From an uncultured Bacteroidota bacterium (GTDB lineage Bacteria > Bacteroidota > Ignavibacteria > UBA10030 > UBA6906), in the NCBI GenBank assembly GCA_963700635.1, contig CAVOYH010000003.1:608001-672000 (forward strand): a stretch of 64,000 nt of DNA, read 5' to 3'. Position 1 is the first letter of the stretch. Each line of letters begins with the position of its first letter. A model generated the notes under the pieces. The model did no database searches. It saw nothing but the letters and a program-made list of their open reading frames with translations, and was not told the origin of the DNA. Positions 1-8,192 of the stretch are shown piece after piece. A program made the translations under genes and the position numbers.

Positions 1-152
1 AGGATTACGTCGGGGGGATTCTCCCCCACGGCGAGCATGGCGTCCTCCCCTGAAGACGCCGTGCCCGCCATTGTATATCCCAATTTCTTCAAGCGGCTCT
101 GGATATCCAGGGCAACAATGCTCTCGTCCTCCACCACGAGTATACGTGGCAT
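1..152 (-). CDS. Response regulator receiver-domain protein (N-terminal part; runs off the window)
   Basis: Manual translation from ATG at 152: MPRILVVEDESIVALDIQSRLKKLGYTMAGTASSGEDAMLAVGENPPDVI, a typical REC N-terminus. Not in the ORF track because it is truncated. Confidence 0.85.
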   Translation of the reverse strand, partial: MPRILVVEDESIVALDIQSRLKKLGYTMAGTASSGEDAMLAVGENPPDVI

Positions 153-492
153 CTTACGCTTCCACAAAGTTGCCTTTAGCTCGTTACCCGCCGGATGCTG
201 TATCGTCCGTAACGCCCGTGCAGACCGGACAAATCGCCCCGGCTGGGTCGGCCGAGTCACGTACCCATCCCTGCGTGTCCAGAAATTTTTCCACTCAAAT
301 CTCCAAAAATGGGGCACCGGAGTCAATTCCACAAAATCTGATTCTCATGTCAGAAATTGTGGAACTTTTCTTGTAGGAATCTTCCTACACGAAATACGGC
401 TCAAAATCGCAGACTCATGGCGGCTGGACATTTCCATGCCCGGCTAATGCCGTATATAACTTCTCGTCACAATTCGCGACGGTTGCAGAACT

Positions 493-521
493 TTGAGAGT
501 TCCTTCTGATTTTTGTACATT
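493..521 (+). promoter_or_regulatory. Putative sigma70 promoter of the mutT-mutY-ogg operon (probably leaderless)
   Basis: TTGAGA-17 nt-TACATT, ending 7 nt before ATG 529; no SD visible. Confidence 0.5.
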
Positions 522-528
522 CATGATC

Positions 529-927
529 ATGAAAGAAGTTTCTGTCGGCATCCTCCTGCGAGAAAAGACCGTTCTTGCCGGCCAACGTAAACGGACGGCA
601 CATTATCCGTTGAAATGGGAGTTTCCCGGAGGGAAAATTGAACCGGGCGAAACTCCCTCTCAGGCCCTGGTCCGGGAACTGCACGAGGAACTCTCCATTA
701 TCGCGTTACCAGGGACAGAATTACTTCGTCAGGACTGGAAGTATGGCGACTTGTCCTACCGTGTCTACTACTTCCTGGTTCCCTCCTTCACCGGAGAGCC
801 CACAAACAATACGTTCGAGCAGCTTGCCTGGCTTACGCCGGATGAACTGCTCCATATGGATATTCTGGAAGGAAACCGGGAAGCGGTTCAGCGCCTTGCG
901 GTGATGATGAAAAGAGACCCTCTGTGA
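529..927 (+). CDS. mutT: NUDIX hydrolase, MutT/NudG-like (d)NTP pyrophosphohydrolase
   Basis: Nudix box WEFPGGKIEPGETPSQALVRELHEEL; adjacent to mutY and ogg. Start ATG 529 (or 523). Confidence 0.8.
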   Translation: MKEVSVGILLREKTVLAGQRKRTAHYPLKWEFPGGKIEPGETPSQALVRELHEELSIIALPGTELLRQDWKYGDLSYRVYYFLVPSFTGEPTNNTFEQLAWLTPDELLHMDILEGNREAVQRLAVMMKRDPL

Positions 928-1835
928 AAGCAGAGGCAAGGCCCCGGTTTCACGCAGCGGTGTTCCACTGGTACAAGAATCATGGCCGAATACTCCCATG
1001 GAGAGGTGATCAGAATCCGTACCGTGTGCTCCTCTCTGAGGTAATGCTCCAGCAAACACAGGTCAGCCGGGTTCTGGAGAAGTATCCGGTCTTTCTGAAG
1101 CACTTCCCGACTCTCCCGGCACTGGCGAGAGCGCAACGGGCAGATGTGATACGTGTCTGGCAGGGGATGGGCTACAACAACCGTGCAGTCAGGCTCCATC
1201 AATGTGCCCATATCATCTCCGGCCGGTATAACGGACGATTCCCCGTTACCGAAAAAGAGCTCAGGGAACTTCCTGGCATCGGAAGATATACCGCACGAGC
1301 CGTTCTGAGTTCCGCTCTGGGTATGCCAGTTGCTGTTGTGGACGTGAACATCCAGCGTGTGTTTTCCCGGTTTTTCTGGCGCATGGACACAGTTGCCGAA
1401 ACGGTTCATCTGGGCATCGTTGAGGCCTGTGCTGCCGACCACTTTCCAACGCAGCGAGGGTACGACTGGAATCAGGCCCTCATGGATCTGGGGGCCACGG
1501 TATGCACCGCACGGGCACCGCGGTGCGGGGTCTGTCCCGTTGCACCCTGGTGCAAATCACGCACGAGTATGAGTCGGACGGGCCCCGTGCAGATGAAACG
1601 GGAGCCTCTATTCTATGGCGTCCCGGAACGAATCTACCGCGGACGTATTGTCAACCGGCTCCGTGCAGTCAACAACGGGCATACCATTACTCTAACATCG
1701 CTTGGAACACATATTCTGACTCGATATACAGGGCGGAACGAGGCGTGGCTCCGGCGCCTTCTGGAACGGCTGGAACGCGATGGACTTGTCCGGCTCAGGA
1801 AACGTGGCGCGACAACGAGAGTGAGCCTTCCATGA
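924..1835 (+). CDS. mutY: A/G-specific adenine glycosylase
   Basis: LPWR, SEVMLQQTQV, GMGYNNRA, HhH LPGIGRYTA, VDVNIQRV, Fe-S motif CTARAPRCGVCPVAPWC. Confidence 0.92.
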   Translation: MKAEARPRFHAAVFHWYKNHGRILPWRGDQNPYRVLLSEVMLQQTQVSRVLEKYPVFLKHFPTLPALARAQRADVIRVWQGMGYNNRAVRLHQCAHIISGRYNGRFPVTEKELRELPGIGRYTARAVLSSALGMPVAVVDVNIQRVFSRFFWRMDTVAETVHLGIVEACAADHFPTQRGYDWNQALMDLGATVCTARAPRCGVCPVAPWCKSRTSMSRTGPVQMKREPLFYGVPERIYRGRIVNRLRAVNNGHTITLTSLGTHILTRYTGRNEAWLRRLLERLERDGLVRLRKRGATTRVSLP

Positions 1836-2491
1836 AGTCTCCACGGTACGTGGCTCTGGAGGAAATTGCCGTCGCCTACAGTCGGTCCCGTAAGAGCATC
1901 CGCACCCGTTTGAAGGAGTTTGCAAATGTCCCTGCTGATGATGTGTTTTATGAACTCGTGTACTGTCTGCTCACCCCTCAATCCAGCGCAGCACACGCCG
2001 ACAGCGCCGTGCAACTACTTCGCGAGGGTGAATTCCACGACCATGGTTTTGACCCCACGGACATTTTACGCCGGCCCGGGGCTTACATACGATTTCACAA
2101 CACCAAAGCACGGCGGCTGCTTGCTGTTCGCACCCAGTTTGCCGCCATTGATGCGGCGTTGCGTGCGGCCCCGGCTGACGGGGAAGGAGCCTCAACAGAC
2201 GGATTACAGATACGCGAGTGGCTCGTGCGTCGCGTACACGGACTGGGAATGAAAGAGGCGTCCCATTTCCTCCGTAACATCGGATACAAAAATCTTGCCA
2301 TCCTGGATCGGCACATCCTGAGGAACCTCAGGTATCATGGTGTACTTAGTTCTGTGCCCTCCTCCATGACCACACGGCGATATCTGGACATCGAGACTCG
2401 TTTTCTTTCTTTTGCCGCAACCGTGGGCATCCCGATGGATGATCTGGATTTGCTTTTCTGGAGCAAGGAAACCGGAGAAATCCGCAAATAG
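1832..2491 (+). CDS. ogg: 8-oxoguanine N-glycosylase/DNA lyase, archaeal-type (Ogg2 family)
   Basis: ELVYCLLTPQS, IRFHNTKA, HhH GLGMKEASHFLRNIG, ILDRHIL, and a C-terminal Lys (GEIRK). ATG 1832 overlaps the mutY stop. Confidence 0.85.
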   Translation: MKSPRYVALEEIAVAYSRSRKSIRTRLKEFANVPADDVFYELVYCLLTPQSSAAHADSAVQLLREGEFHDHGFDPTDILRRPGAYIRFHNTKARRLLAVRTQFAAIDAALRAAPADGEGASTDGLQIREWLVRRVHGLGMKEASHFLRNIGYKNLAILDRHILRNLRYHGVLSSVPSSMTTRRYLDIETRFLSFAATVGIPMDDLDLLFWSKETGEIRK

Positions 2492-2508
2492 AGGAAGGGC
2501 CGAAGACG

Positions 2509-3666
2509 ATGCAATTTCTTGTGCTGGGTGCTGGTATGATGGGAAGTGCCGTGGCATATGACATCGCCACAGCCTCAACGAAAAACACGGTGATGCTTGC
2601 TGATATCGATCTGGACCGTGCCACAGCGGCGGCCAGGGCCATCGGTTCCAACGTGACACCTCTGTGCCTGGATGTGCGCGACGCCGAAGCGTTACGCTCT
2701 GCCCTGCAGGGGTGCGCTGTCGTCATCAGCGCGGTTTCCTACAATGTGAATGAGCACATTACCCGAATGGCCATCGCCGCGGGCGTCCACATGTGCGACC
2801 TGGGAGGAAACAATGATGTCGTCGATCAGCAACTCCATCATGACGCTGAAGCCCGGGCGCGGAACGTTACCGTCATCCCCAATTGTGGGCTGGCTCCGGG
2901 TCTGATTAATGTCCTTGCGGTGACCGGCATCCAGGAGTTTGATTCCGTCAAGACGATCCGCCTGCGGGTGGGAGGTTTGCCCCAGCATCCGAAGCCGCCT
3001 CTGCAGTATCAGATCGTGTTTTCAGCGGAAGGACTGCTCAACGAATACCTTGAGCCTGCTGAAATACTGGACCATGGCGAACTCCACACTGTACCGTCGA
3101 TGACAGGCCTTGAGGAGATCCACTTTCCTCCGCCGTACGGCCGTCTTGAAGCATTTTACACGTCAGGCGGACTCTCCACCCTTCCCCGGATGCTTCGCGG
3201 CAGTGTTCAAGATCTGGATTACAAGACAATCCGCTACCCGGGACACTGTGAGAAATTCAAACTTCTCCTGGACCTTGGCTTTGCCGCGTCGGACCCTCTG
3301 GTGGGTGGCGGGGGCATTCGCACGTCGCGTGAGCTCTTTACGGAACTCCTGAAACGACGCCTCTTTTCGGACGATAGCGACGTGGTCCTTGCCAGAGCCA
3401 CGCTTACGGGAGAAAAAAATGGAAGGTCGCAGACTCTTGTGTATGAATGTGTGGATGCGTATGATGAAACTACACGAATTACTGCAATGATGCGCACGAC
3501 GGCCTTTCCGACAGCCATTACCGCCCTGATGCTTTCCGGGGGGGTCATCACACAGCGGGGTGTGATGCCACCCGAAGCATGTGTCCCCGGTCAGCACATG
3601 ATCCGTGATCTGGCACAGCGCGGGGTTGTTATCTCATCACGTTTTGTTAGCGAGACTACACGATGA
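2509..3666 (+). CDS. Saccharopine dehydrogenase family / lysine 6-dehydrogenase-like oxidoreductase
   Basis: Rossmann GAGMMG, DLGGN, CGLAPG, VGGLP, YKTIRYPGH, AMMRTT. Confidence 0.85.
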   Translation: MQFLVLGAGMMGSAVAYDIATASTKNTVMLADIDLDRATAAARAIGSNVTPLCLDVRDAEALRSALQGCAVVISAVSYNVNEHITRMAIAAGVHMCDLGGNNDVVDQQLHHDAEARARNVTVIPNCGLAPGLINVLAVTGIQEFDSVKTIRLRVGGLPQHPKPPLQYQIVFSAEGLLNEYLEPAEILDHGELHTVPSMTGLEEIHFPPPYGRLEAFYTSGGLSTLPRMLRGSVQDLDYKTIRYPGHCEKFKLLLDLGFAASDPLVGGGGIRTSRELFTELLKRRLFSDDSDVVLARATLTGEKNGRSQTLVYECVDAYDETTRITAMMRTTAFPTAITALMLSGGVITQRGVMPPEACVPGQHMIRDLAQRGVVISSRFVSETTR

Positions 3667-3815
3667 ATGTGTTTCCCTTATCCGTCATGATCAGCACCCG
3701 GGATTCTGTTGAGGGCAGGGATGTGCAGCACCAGTATATTGTCCGCACCCGGCACCCGCGCTGGGAACTGGTGCGGATTCTGGTCCGGGCCATGTTTGAA
3801 ATCCGTTTCCGGTAA
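3663..3815 (+). CDS. Small hypothetical protein (50 aa)
   Basis: MNVFPLSVMISTRDSVEGRDVQHQYIVRTRHPRWELVRILVRAMFEIRFR. ATGA overlap with the upstream stop; its TAA abuts the next ATG at 3816. Confidence 0.5.
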   Translation: MNVFPLSVMISTRDSVEGRDVQHQYIVRTRHPRWELVRILVRAMFEIRFR

Positions 3816-5486
3816 ATGCAAATGCCTCCCTCACGACAGCCTAACACTGCAGGCAGAGATTCGGGCACAGTCCGGCGGGCCCTTTCCTCTCTGTTCCTGG
3901 CGCTGTTCCTGTCGCTCCCCACCCTTCTGAACGCTCAGGAGAATACTGTCCGCATCATCGTGGACCAGGATCCCCAGCGCAACGCCGTGATCGGCGTATT
4001 CCGGACGCGGGGTATTCTCTACGCATCGTTGACAGACCTGGCGCAGACCTTTCAGGTGACGCCGTACGAGAATCACGCTACCGCAAAAATGGAGGTAAAA
4101 CAGGGCCCATACAGAATCAAGGTCACCGGAGGAAGTCCATTTGTAGTCGTCACCGATCAGGCCCAACGACAGACCATTTACCAGCTTCCCACAAATGTAT
4201 TGTATGCCGCGGGATCGTTTTTTGTGCCATTGCAGTCGTTCCTTCCCTATTTCTCTCTTGTGTTCAACAAGACGGCTGTTTTTGACCCGGCGACACATAT
4301 CCTGCGCGTCGGTTCGGAACCCTCACTGTCCGCATTTGATATCCCAACCGTTTACCTCGAACCCAAGTCGAACGGCATGCTTATCCGCATCTCCTCCACC
4401 AAACGTGTGGAAGATGTGGAAAGCTGGCTGCGTCAGGATGGCTGGCTGTATGTTACGCTGGTAGATGTAAAGGCAGACATCAATGCGATTAATGCCCTCA
4501 AGGGTTCCGGGATCGTGAAAGATATCGTTGCGATTCAGTCTCCCACGTCCGTGCAGCTCACCTTCAGACTCTCAGGCAAGATTGCAGCGTCAGAGATCCT
4601 TCGTGAAGAAGGCACGCAGGATATTCTGGTCTCCGTTCGCACCCACGCCGGCGCCGAACCTCCGGCATCTGAATCCCGGACGGGAAACGCCGGGGGGAAG
4701 CCAACCGTAAATCCTCCGGAGCGGACTGCCTCTCCGGTTTTTTCACCGGATCTTGCGGAACGGAGAAAACGGTGGGATCTTGACGTGATCGTTATTGATC
4801 CCGGTCACGGGGGGCACGATCCCGGCACTATCGGGATAAGTGGTGTGTATGAAAAAGATATCGCCCTGGCGATCTCGCTAAAACTCGGCTCCTTGATCAA
4901 GAAGGAACTTCCCGATGTCCGGGTGGTGTATACCCGCTCGAAAGATGCGTTCGTCCCGGTCTATCACAGAGGCCAGATCGCAAATGAAGCGGGAGGGAAA
5001 CTCTTTCTCAGTATTCACTGCAATTCCACACGGCGTAAACCGAGTCCGATACGCGGCATGGAAGTGTATCTCCTCCGGCCGGGGCGAACTGAGGAAGCCA
5101 TTGCCATCGCCGAAAAGGAAAATGCCGTCATCACACTGGAAGAGGGATACGAAAACCGGTATCAGGAACTGACGGACGAGAATTTTATACTTGTGACGAT
5201 GGCTCAAAGCGCGTACATGAAATCAAGCGAGGTACTGGCCAATCTTGTGCATGAAGAGGTGAAGAAAGTACGGGGACTTCAGAGCCGCGGTGTCATGCAG
5301 GCTGGTTTCTATGTTCTGGTGGGCGCCGCCATGCCAAACATTCTTGTGGAAACGGCGTTTCTCTCAAACCGGGAGGACGAGAAATTCGTAAAGAGCAGCG
5401 CCGGTCAGCAGAAAATCGCCCATGCGCTCTTTCAGGCGATCCGCCGGTACAAGGCCGAGTACGAAAAACTTCTCACGGGTGAGTAA
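3816..5486 (+). CDS. N-acetylmuramoyl-L-alanine amidase (Amidase_3) with signal peptide and N-terminal accessory domains
   Basis: IDPGHGGHDPG, EKDIAL, LFLSIHCNS, FYVLVGAAMPNILVETAFLSN. Confidence 0.92.
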   Translation: MQMPPSRQPNTAGRDSGTVRRALSSLFLALFLSLPTLLNAQENTVRIIVDQDPQRNAVIGVFRTRGILYASLTDLAQTFQVTPYENHATAKMEVKQGPYRIKVTGGSPFVVVTDQAQRQTIYQLPTNVLYAAGSFFVPLQSFLPYFSLVFNKTAVFDPATHILRVGSEPSLSAFDIPTVYLEPKSNGMLIRISSTKRVEDVESWLRQDGWLYVTLVDVKADINAINALKGSGIVKDIVAIQSPTSVQLTFRLSGKIAASEILREEGTQDILVSVRTHAGAEPPASESRTGNAGGKPTVNPPERTASPVFSPDLAERRKRWDLDVIVIDPGHGGHDPGTIGISGVYEKDIALAISLKLGSLIKKELPDVRVVYTRSKDAFVPVYHRGQIANEAGGKLFLSIHCNSTRRKPSPIRGMEVYLLRPGRTEEAIAIAEKENAVITLEEGYENRYQELTDENFILVTMAQSAYMKSSEVLANLVHEEVKKVRGLQSRGVMQAGFYVLVGAAMPNILVETAFLSNREDEKFVKSSAGQQKIAHALFQAIRRYKAEYEKLLTGE

Positions 5487-5487
5487 T

Positions 5488-5516
5488 TTGCATCCGGACC
5501 GATTTTGGTCTATGTT
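5488..5516 (+). promoter_or_regulatory. Putative sigma70 promoter (leaderless start at 5523)
   Basis: TTGCAT-17 nt-TATGTT, 6 nt before ATG 5523. Confidence 0.45.
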
Positions 5517-5522
5517 CTACGT

Positions 5523-6044
5523 ATGGTTATGAACAAAACGGTGGCGGCATATTTCGTCTTTCTTGCGGGAGCCTTACTCTGGTGCCTGCTGATCCTGGTG
5601 GCTCCTGTGCTGGCTCATGCCGGAGGTGAAGCACGGTTCTGGGCTGATGCGCTCTATGAGGCCTTTCACAGGGTATGCCATCAGCTGGATACCCGATCTC
5701 TCCATTTTTATGGCGAGCCGCTCGTTGTCTGTTCCCGGTGTGCCGCAATCTATTTCGGATTTCTGGCTGGCACCCTGTTCTATCCGTTGATCCGTGATGT
5801 GCGGCGTCCGGAATCTCCATCCCGGAATCTGCTCGTGATTGCCCTGGCACCGATGCTGCTCGATGTGCTGCTCGGGATAACCGGAATCTCGGATGTCACC
5901 ACGCCCACCAGACTCCTTACGGGCGGATTGTTTGGTTTGTTGATACCGTTTGTCGTTCTTCCCGTTGCCCTGGGCGCCGTTCAGGAACGAACCGCCCGCC
6001 CCCCCACCATCGAACACCAAACGAAAGGATTTATCGATGCCTGA
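5523..6044 (+). CDS. DUF2085-like membrane protein
   Basis: VCHQLDTRS...VCSRCAAIYFG and RLLTGGLFG motifs; about 4 hydrophobic segments. Start 5523 or 5529. Confidence 0.75.
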   Translation: MVMNKTVAAYFVFLAGALLWCLLILVAPVLAHAGGEARFWADALYEAFHRVCHQLDTRSLHFYGEPLVVCSRCAAIYFGFLAGTLFYPLIRDVRRPESPSRNLLVIALAPMLLDVLLGITGISDVTTPTRLLTGGLFGLLIPFVVLPVALGAVQERTARPPTIEHQTKGFIDA

Positions 6045-6561
6045 AAAACCGAGCAAATTGATGCCCGCCCTGTATGGCGGTATCATCATTGGTGTGATTT
6101 CGGGGGTTCCTTTTCTCAGTTTCGTTAATTGTTTGTGCTGCGCCGGCGTGATCTTTGGCGGAGTAATGGCCGTGTTCTTCTACAAGAAGGACCTTACTCC
6201 TGAAATGCCTCCGCTCACGAACAATGATGCGCTGACGGTCGGGGCTCTGGCAGGTTTGTTCGGAGCCCTGTTCGGCAATATCCTCGCAGCCATCTTCCTG
6301 TTCACGATCGGCAATGTCGCGGCAGAAGCCTCGTATCAGGCAGTGTTGAGTATTTACGACAGTCTGGGATTCCTCGAACACATGCCCCCCGATGCCATAG
6401 AACAGATGGAACAAAGCATGATGGAGGGAAGTCTCTCTCCTGTCGCCGTCATCACGTCATTTGTTATTGATCCGTTGTTTGGTCTGCTCGGCGGTTTGAT
6501 CGGCTATGCGATGTTCAAGCCCAAGACGGAGACCACACCAGAACCCCCTGCGAAAGTCTAG
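6037..6561 (+). CDS. Conserved hypothetical membrane protein with NCLCC motif
   Basis: SD-like AAAGGA before ATG 6037; 4 Gly-rich TM segments; overlaps the upstream gene end. Confidence 0.7.
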   Translation: MPEKPSKLMPALYGGIIIGVISGVPFLSFVNCLCCAGVIFGGVMAVFFYKKDLTPEMPPLTNNDALTVGALAGLFGALFGNILAAIFLFTIGNVAAEASYQAVLSIYDSLGFLEHMPPDAIEQMEQSMMEGSLSPVAVITSFVIDPLFGLLGGLIGYAMFKPKTETTPEPPAKV

Positions 6562-6694
6562 TCCGGGATAACACCCGGGAGAAAGCAGCCGATTGCAGCG
6601 ACGGAGTGAACCATGTACTTTTGTCCACCTGTCCTGCCACTGCTTGCTTCCGGGTGTTGCCCATTTTGGGAGTCTCCTCCCCGTTGGGTTTCCG

Positions 6695-7516
6695 CTACAC
6701 TCCACGGCCTGTCAGGCCAGGCAACGAGACGCGTTCGACATCCCACGCACCGTATTCATTTCTGCGGAACCGTATTCTCGCTTCTCCTGATCCGCCATGC
6801 AGCGTTCTGGTGCCCCCCTGTATCCCCGTCCAGGAGATGACACAATGTGCATGGGCATGATCTCCGTGTACCTCGCACGTCGTCATACCGAAACAATGCC
6901 CAGTGAATGTCATGATGCGTGAAAAGACCGTCTCAAAGCACTGCATCAGGGCCTGCGCAGCAAGGTTGCCGCCGATCGCGGAGGACGGGGCAAGGTGTGA
7001 ACACATCCGCCAGAGGGACGCCCGGTCACGCATAAAAAATGCCATAAGAAAATCCTCCATGGCGGATCGCACCTCGCCGGCTTCGTCCGGGTGACACTCG
7101 TCATACAAAAACGTGTGCAGCATCCCATCAATGCGGATGTCCTCCATCTTCTCGTTCAACAACTCCTCAGTGATAAACCGGTAGGCCTCGGCATCGGACA
7201 CCGGCCTTCCAAAATGAACCACGATGTTATGTGCAAGAAGATGTTCGAGCAGAAGTTCAAGTTCTGCTGAGAGGTCTTCCGGCGGGATCGAGGCGAGCGG
7301 TCTGACAGCCGGATGACCCGCAAACGCGCCTACTGTCGTTTCCCGGTGTGCAGAAAACTGCCGTTCAAATTCGGCGATATACTCCAGCCAATCCCCTTCG
7401 ACCTCCGGTGGCAACCGGATATCGCCTTGATAAATGCGGACATCATGCCGTTCCTCCAGAAGCTGCCTCTTTTGATCGTTCAGGGCACGCTGAATTCGCT
7501 CTTGGTTACCATCCAT
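6695..7516 (-). CDS. Hypothetical protein
   Basis: Long acidic ORF filling the gap between flanking genes; start 7516 or 7552; no family recognised. Confidence 0.6.
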   Translation of the reverse strand: MDGNQERIQRALNDQKRQLLEERHDVRIYQGDIRLPPEVEGDWLEYIAEFERQFSAHRETTVGAFAGHPAVRPLASIPPEDLSAELELLLEHLLAHNIVVHFGRPVSDAEAYRFITEELLNEKMEDIRIDGMLHTFLYDECHPDEAGEVRSAMEDFLMAFFMRDRASLWRMCSHLAPSSAIGGNLAAQALMQCFETVFSRIMTFTGHCFGMTTCEVHGDHAHAHCVISWTGIQGGTRTLHGGSGEARIRFRRNEYGAWDVERVSLPGLTGRGV

Positions 7517-7665
7517 CGCCGGGTCCTGTGAGGGAAATGTCAGAGGCTGCATAATCTCTTACAGGATTGTCCGCCGATTTCCGAACCAGCGACAGTTTTC
7601 GCGGATTTGGGAATGGAATTCAGGTTTTGCCCCTCAAATTATCAGATTTTTTGATGATTTCTGGG

Positions 7666-7682
7666 TTGGCATAAAATCTGCT
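7666..7682 (+). promoter_or_regulatory. Sigma54 (RpoN) -24/-12 promoter of the sulfur-reductase operon
   Basis: TTGGCATAAAATCTGCT has the exact GG-N10-GC spacing, about 70 nt before ATG 7752. Confidence 0.65.
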
Positions 7683-7751
7683 AATCATAGATATAGATTT
7701 TTCCGGCTATCGTCCCCCAGGAGAGCCAAAGTGGAGTTTACGGAGGTAACA

Positions 7752-8192
7752 ATGACAGATGTCCATTATAGCATCGGTGAGGCGGCCGACTTACTCGGCG
7801 TTTCTGTCCCTACACTCAGGCTTTATGAGCGGGAAGGACTTGTGCTCCCCATCCGCAAATCATCACGCCACCGCCGCTATTCGGCGTCTGATCTCAATCG
7901 TATCCGGTGTTTGCGGGAGACCATCAATCAGAAAAAAGTCAGTATTGCCGGAATCAAACGGCTTTTCGCCCTCATCCCATGCTGGCGAATCCACAACTGT
8001 TCGATACAGGAACGTGAGGCCTGTCCGGCCTTTCTGGACGGGGGAACACCGTGCTGGTCCGTTCTCTCGAAACCCGGTTCATGCGGCACGGCTGACTGCC
8101 GGTTATGCCCGGTGTATAATCAAGTCGCTGATTGTAACACGCTCAAACGCACCATCATTAATCTTACGACTGTTTCGGACTCCACTCCATGA
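7752..8192 (+). CDS. MerR-family transcriptional regulator with Cys-rich (two CW motifs) C-terminal domain
   Basis: YSIGEAADLLGVSVPTLRLYEREGL...RRYS MerR HTH; GGAGGT SD before ATG 7752; 8 Cys in the C-terminal part. Confidence 0.85.
   Translation: MTDVHYSIGEAADLLGVSVPTLRLYEREGLVLPIRKSSRHRRYSASDLNRIRCLRETINQKKVSIAGIKRLFALIPCWRIHNCSIQEREACPAFLDGGTPCWSVLSKPGSCGTADCRLCPVYNQVADCNTLKRTIINLTTVSDSTP

Noticed and set aside
160-470. TTCCACA repeats as DnaA boxes / oriC
   Set aside because: They match TTWTNCACA poorly, there is no clear AT-rich unwinding element, and no dnaA/dnaN context is visible.
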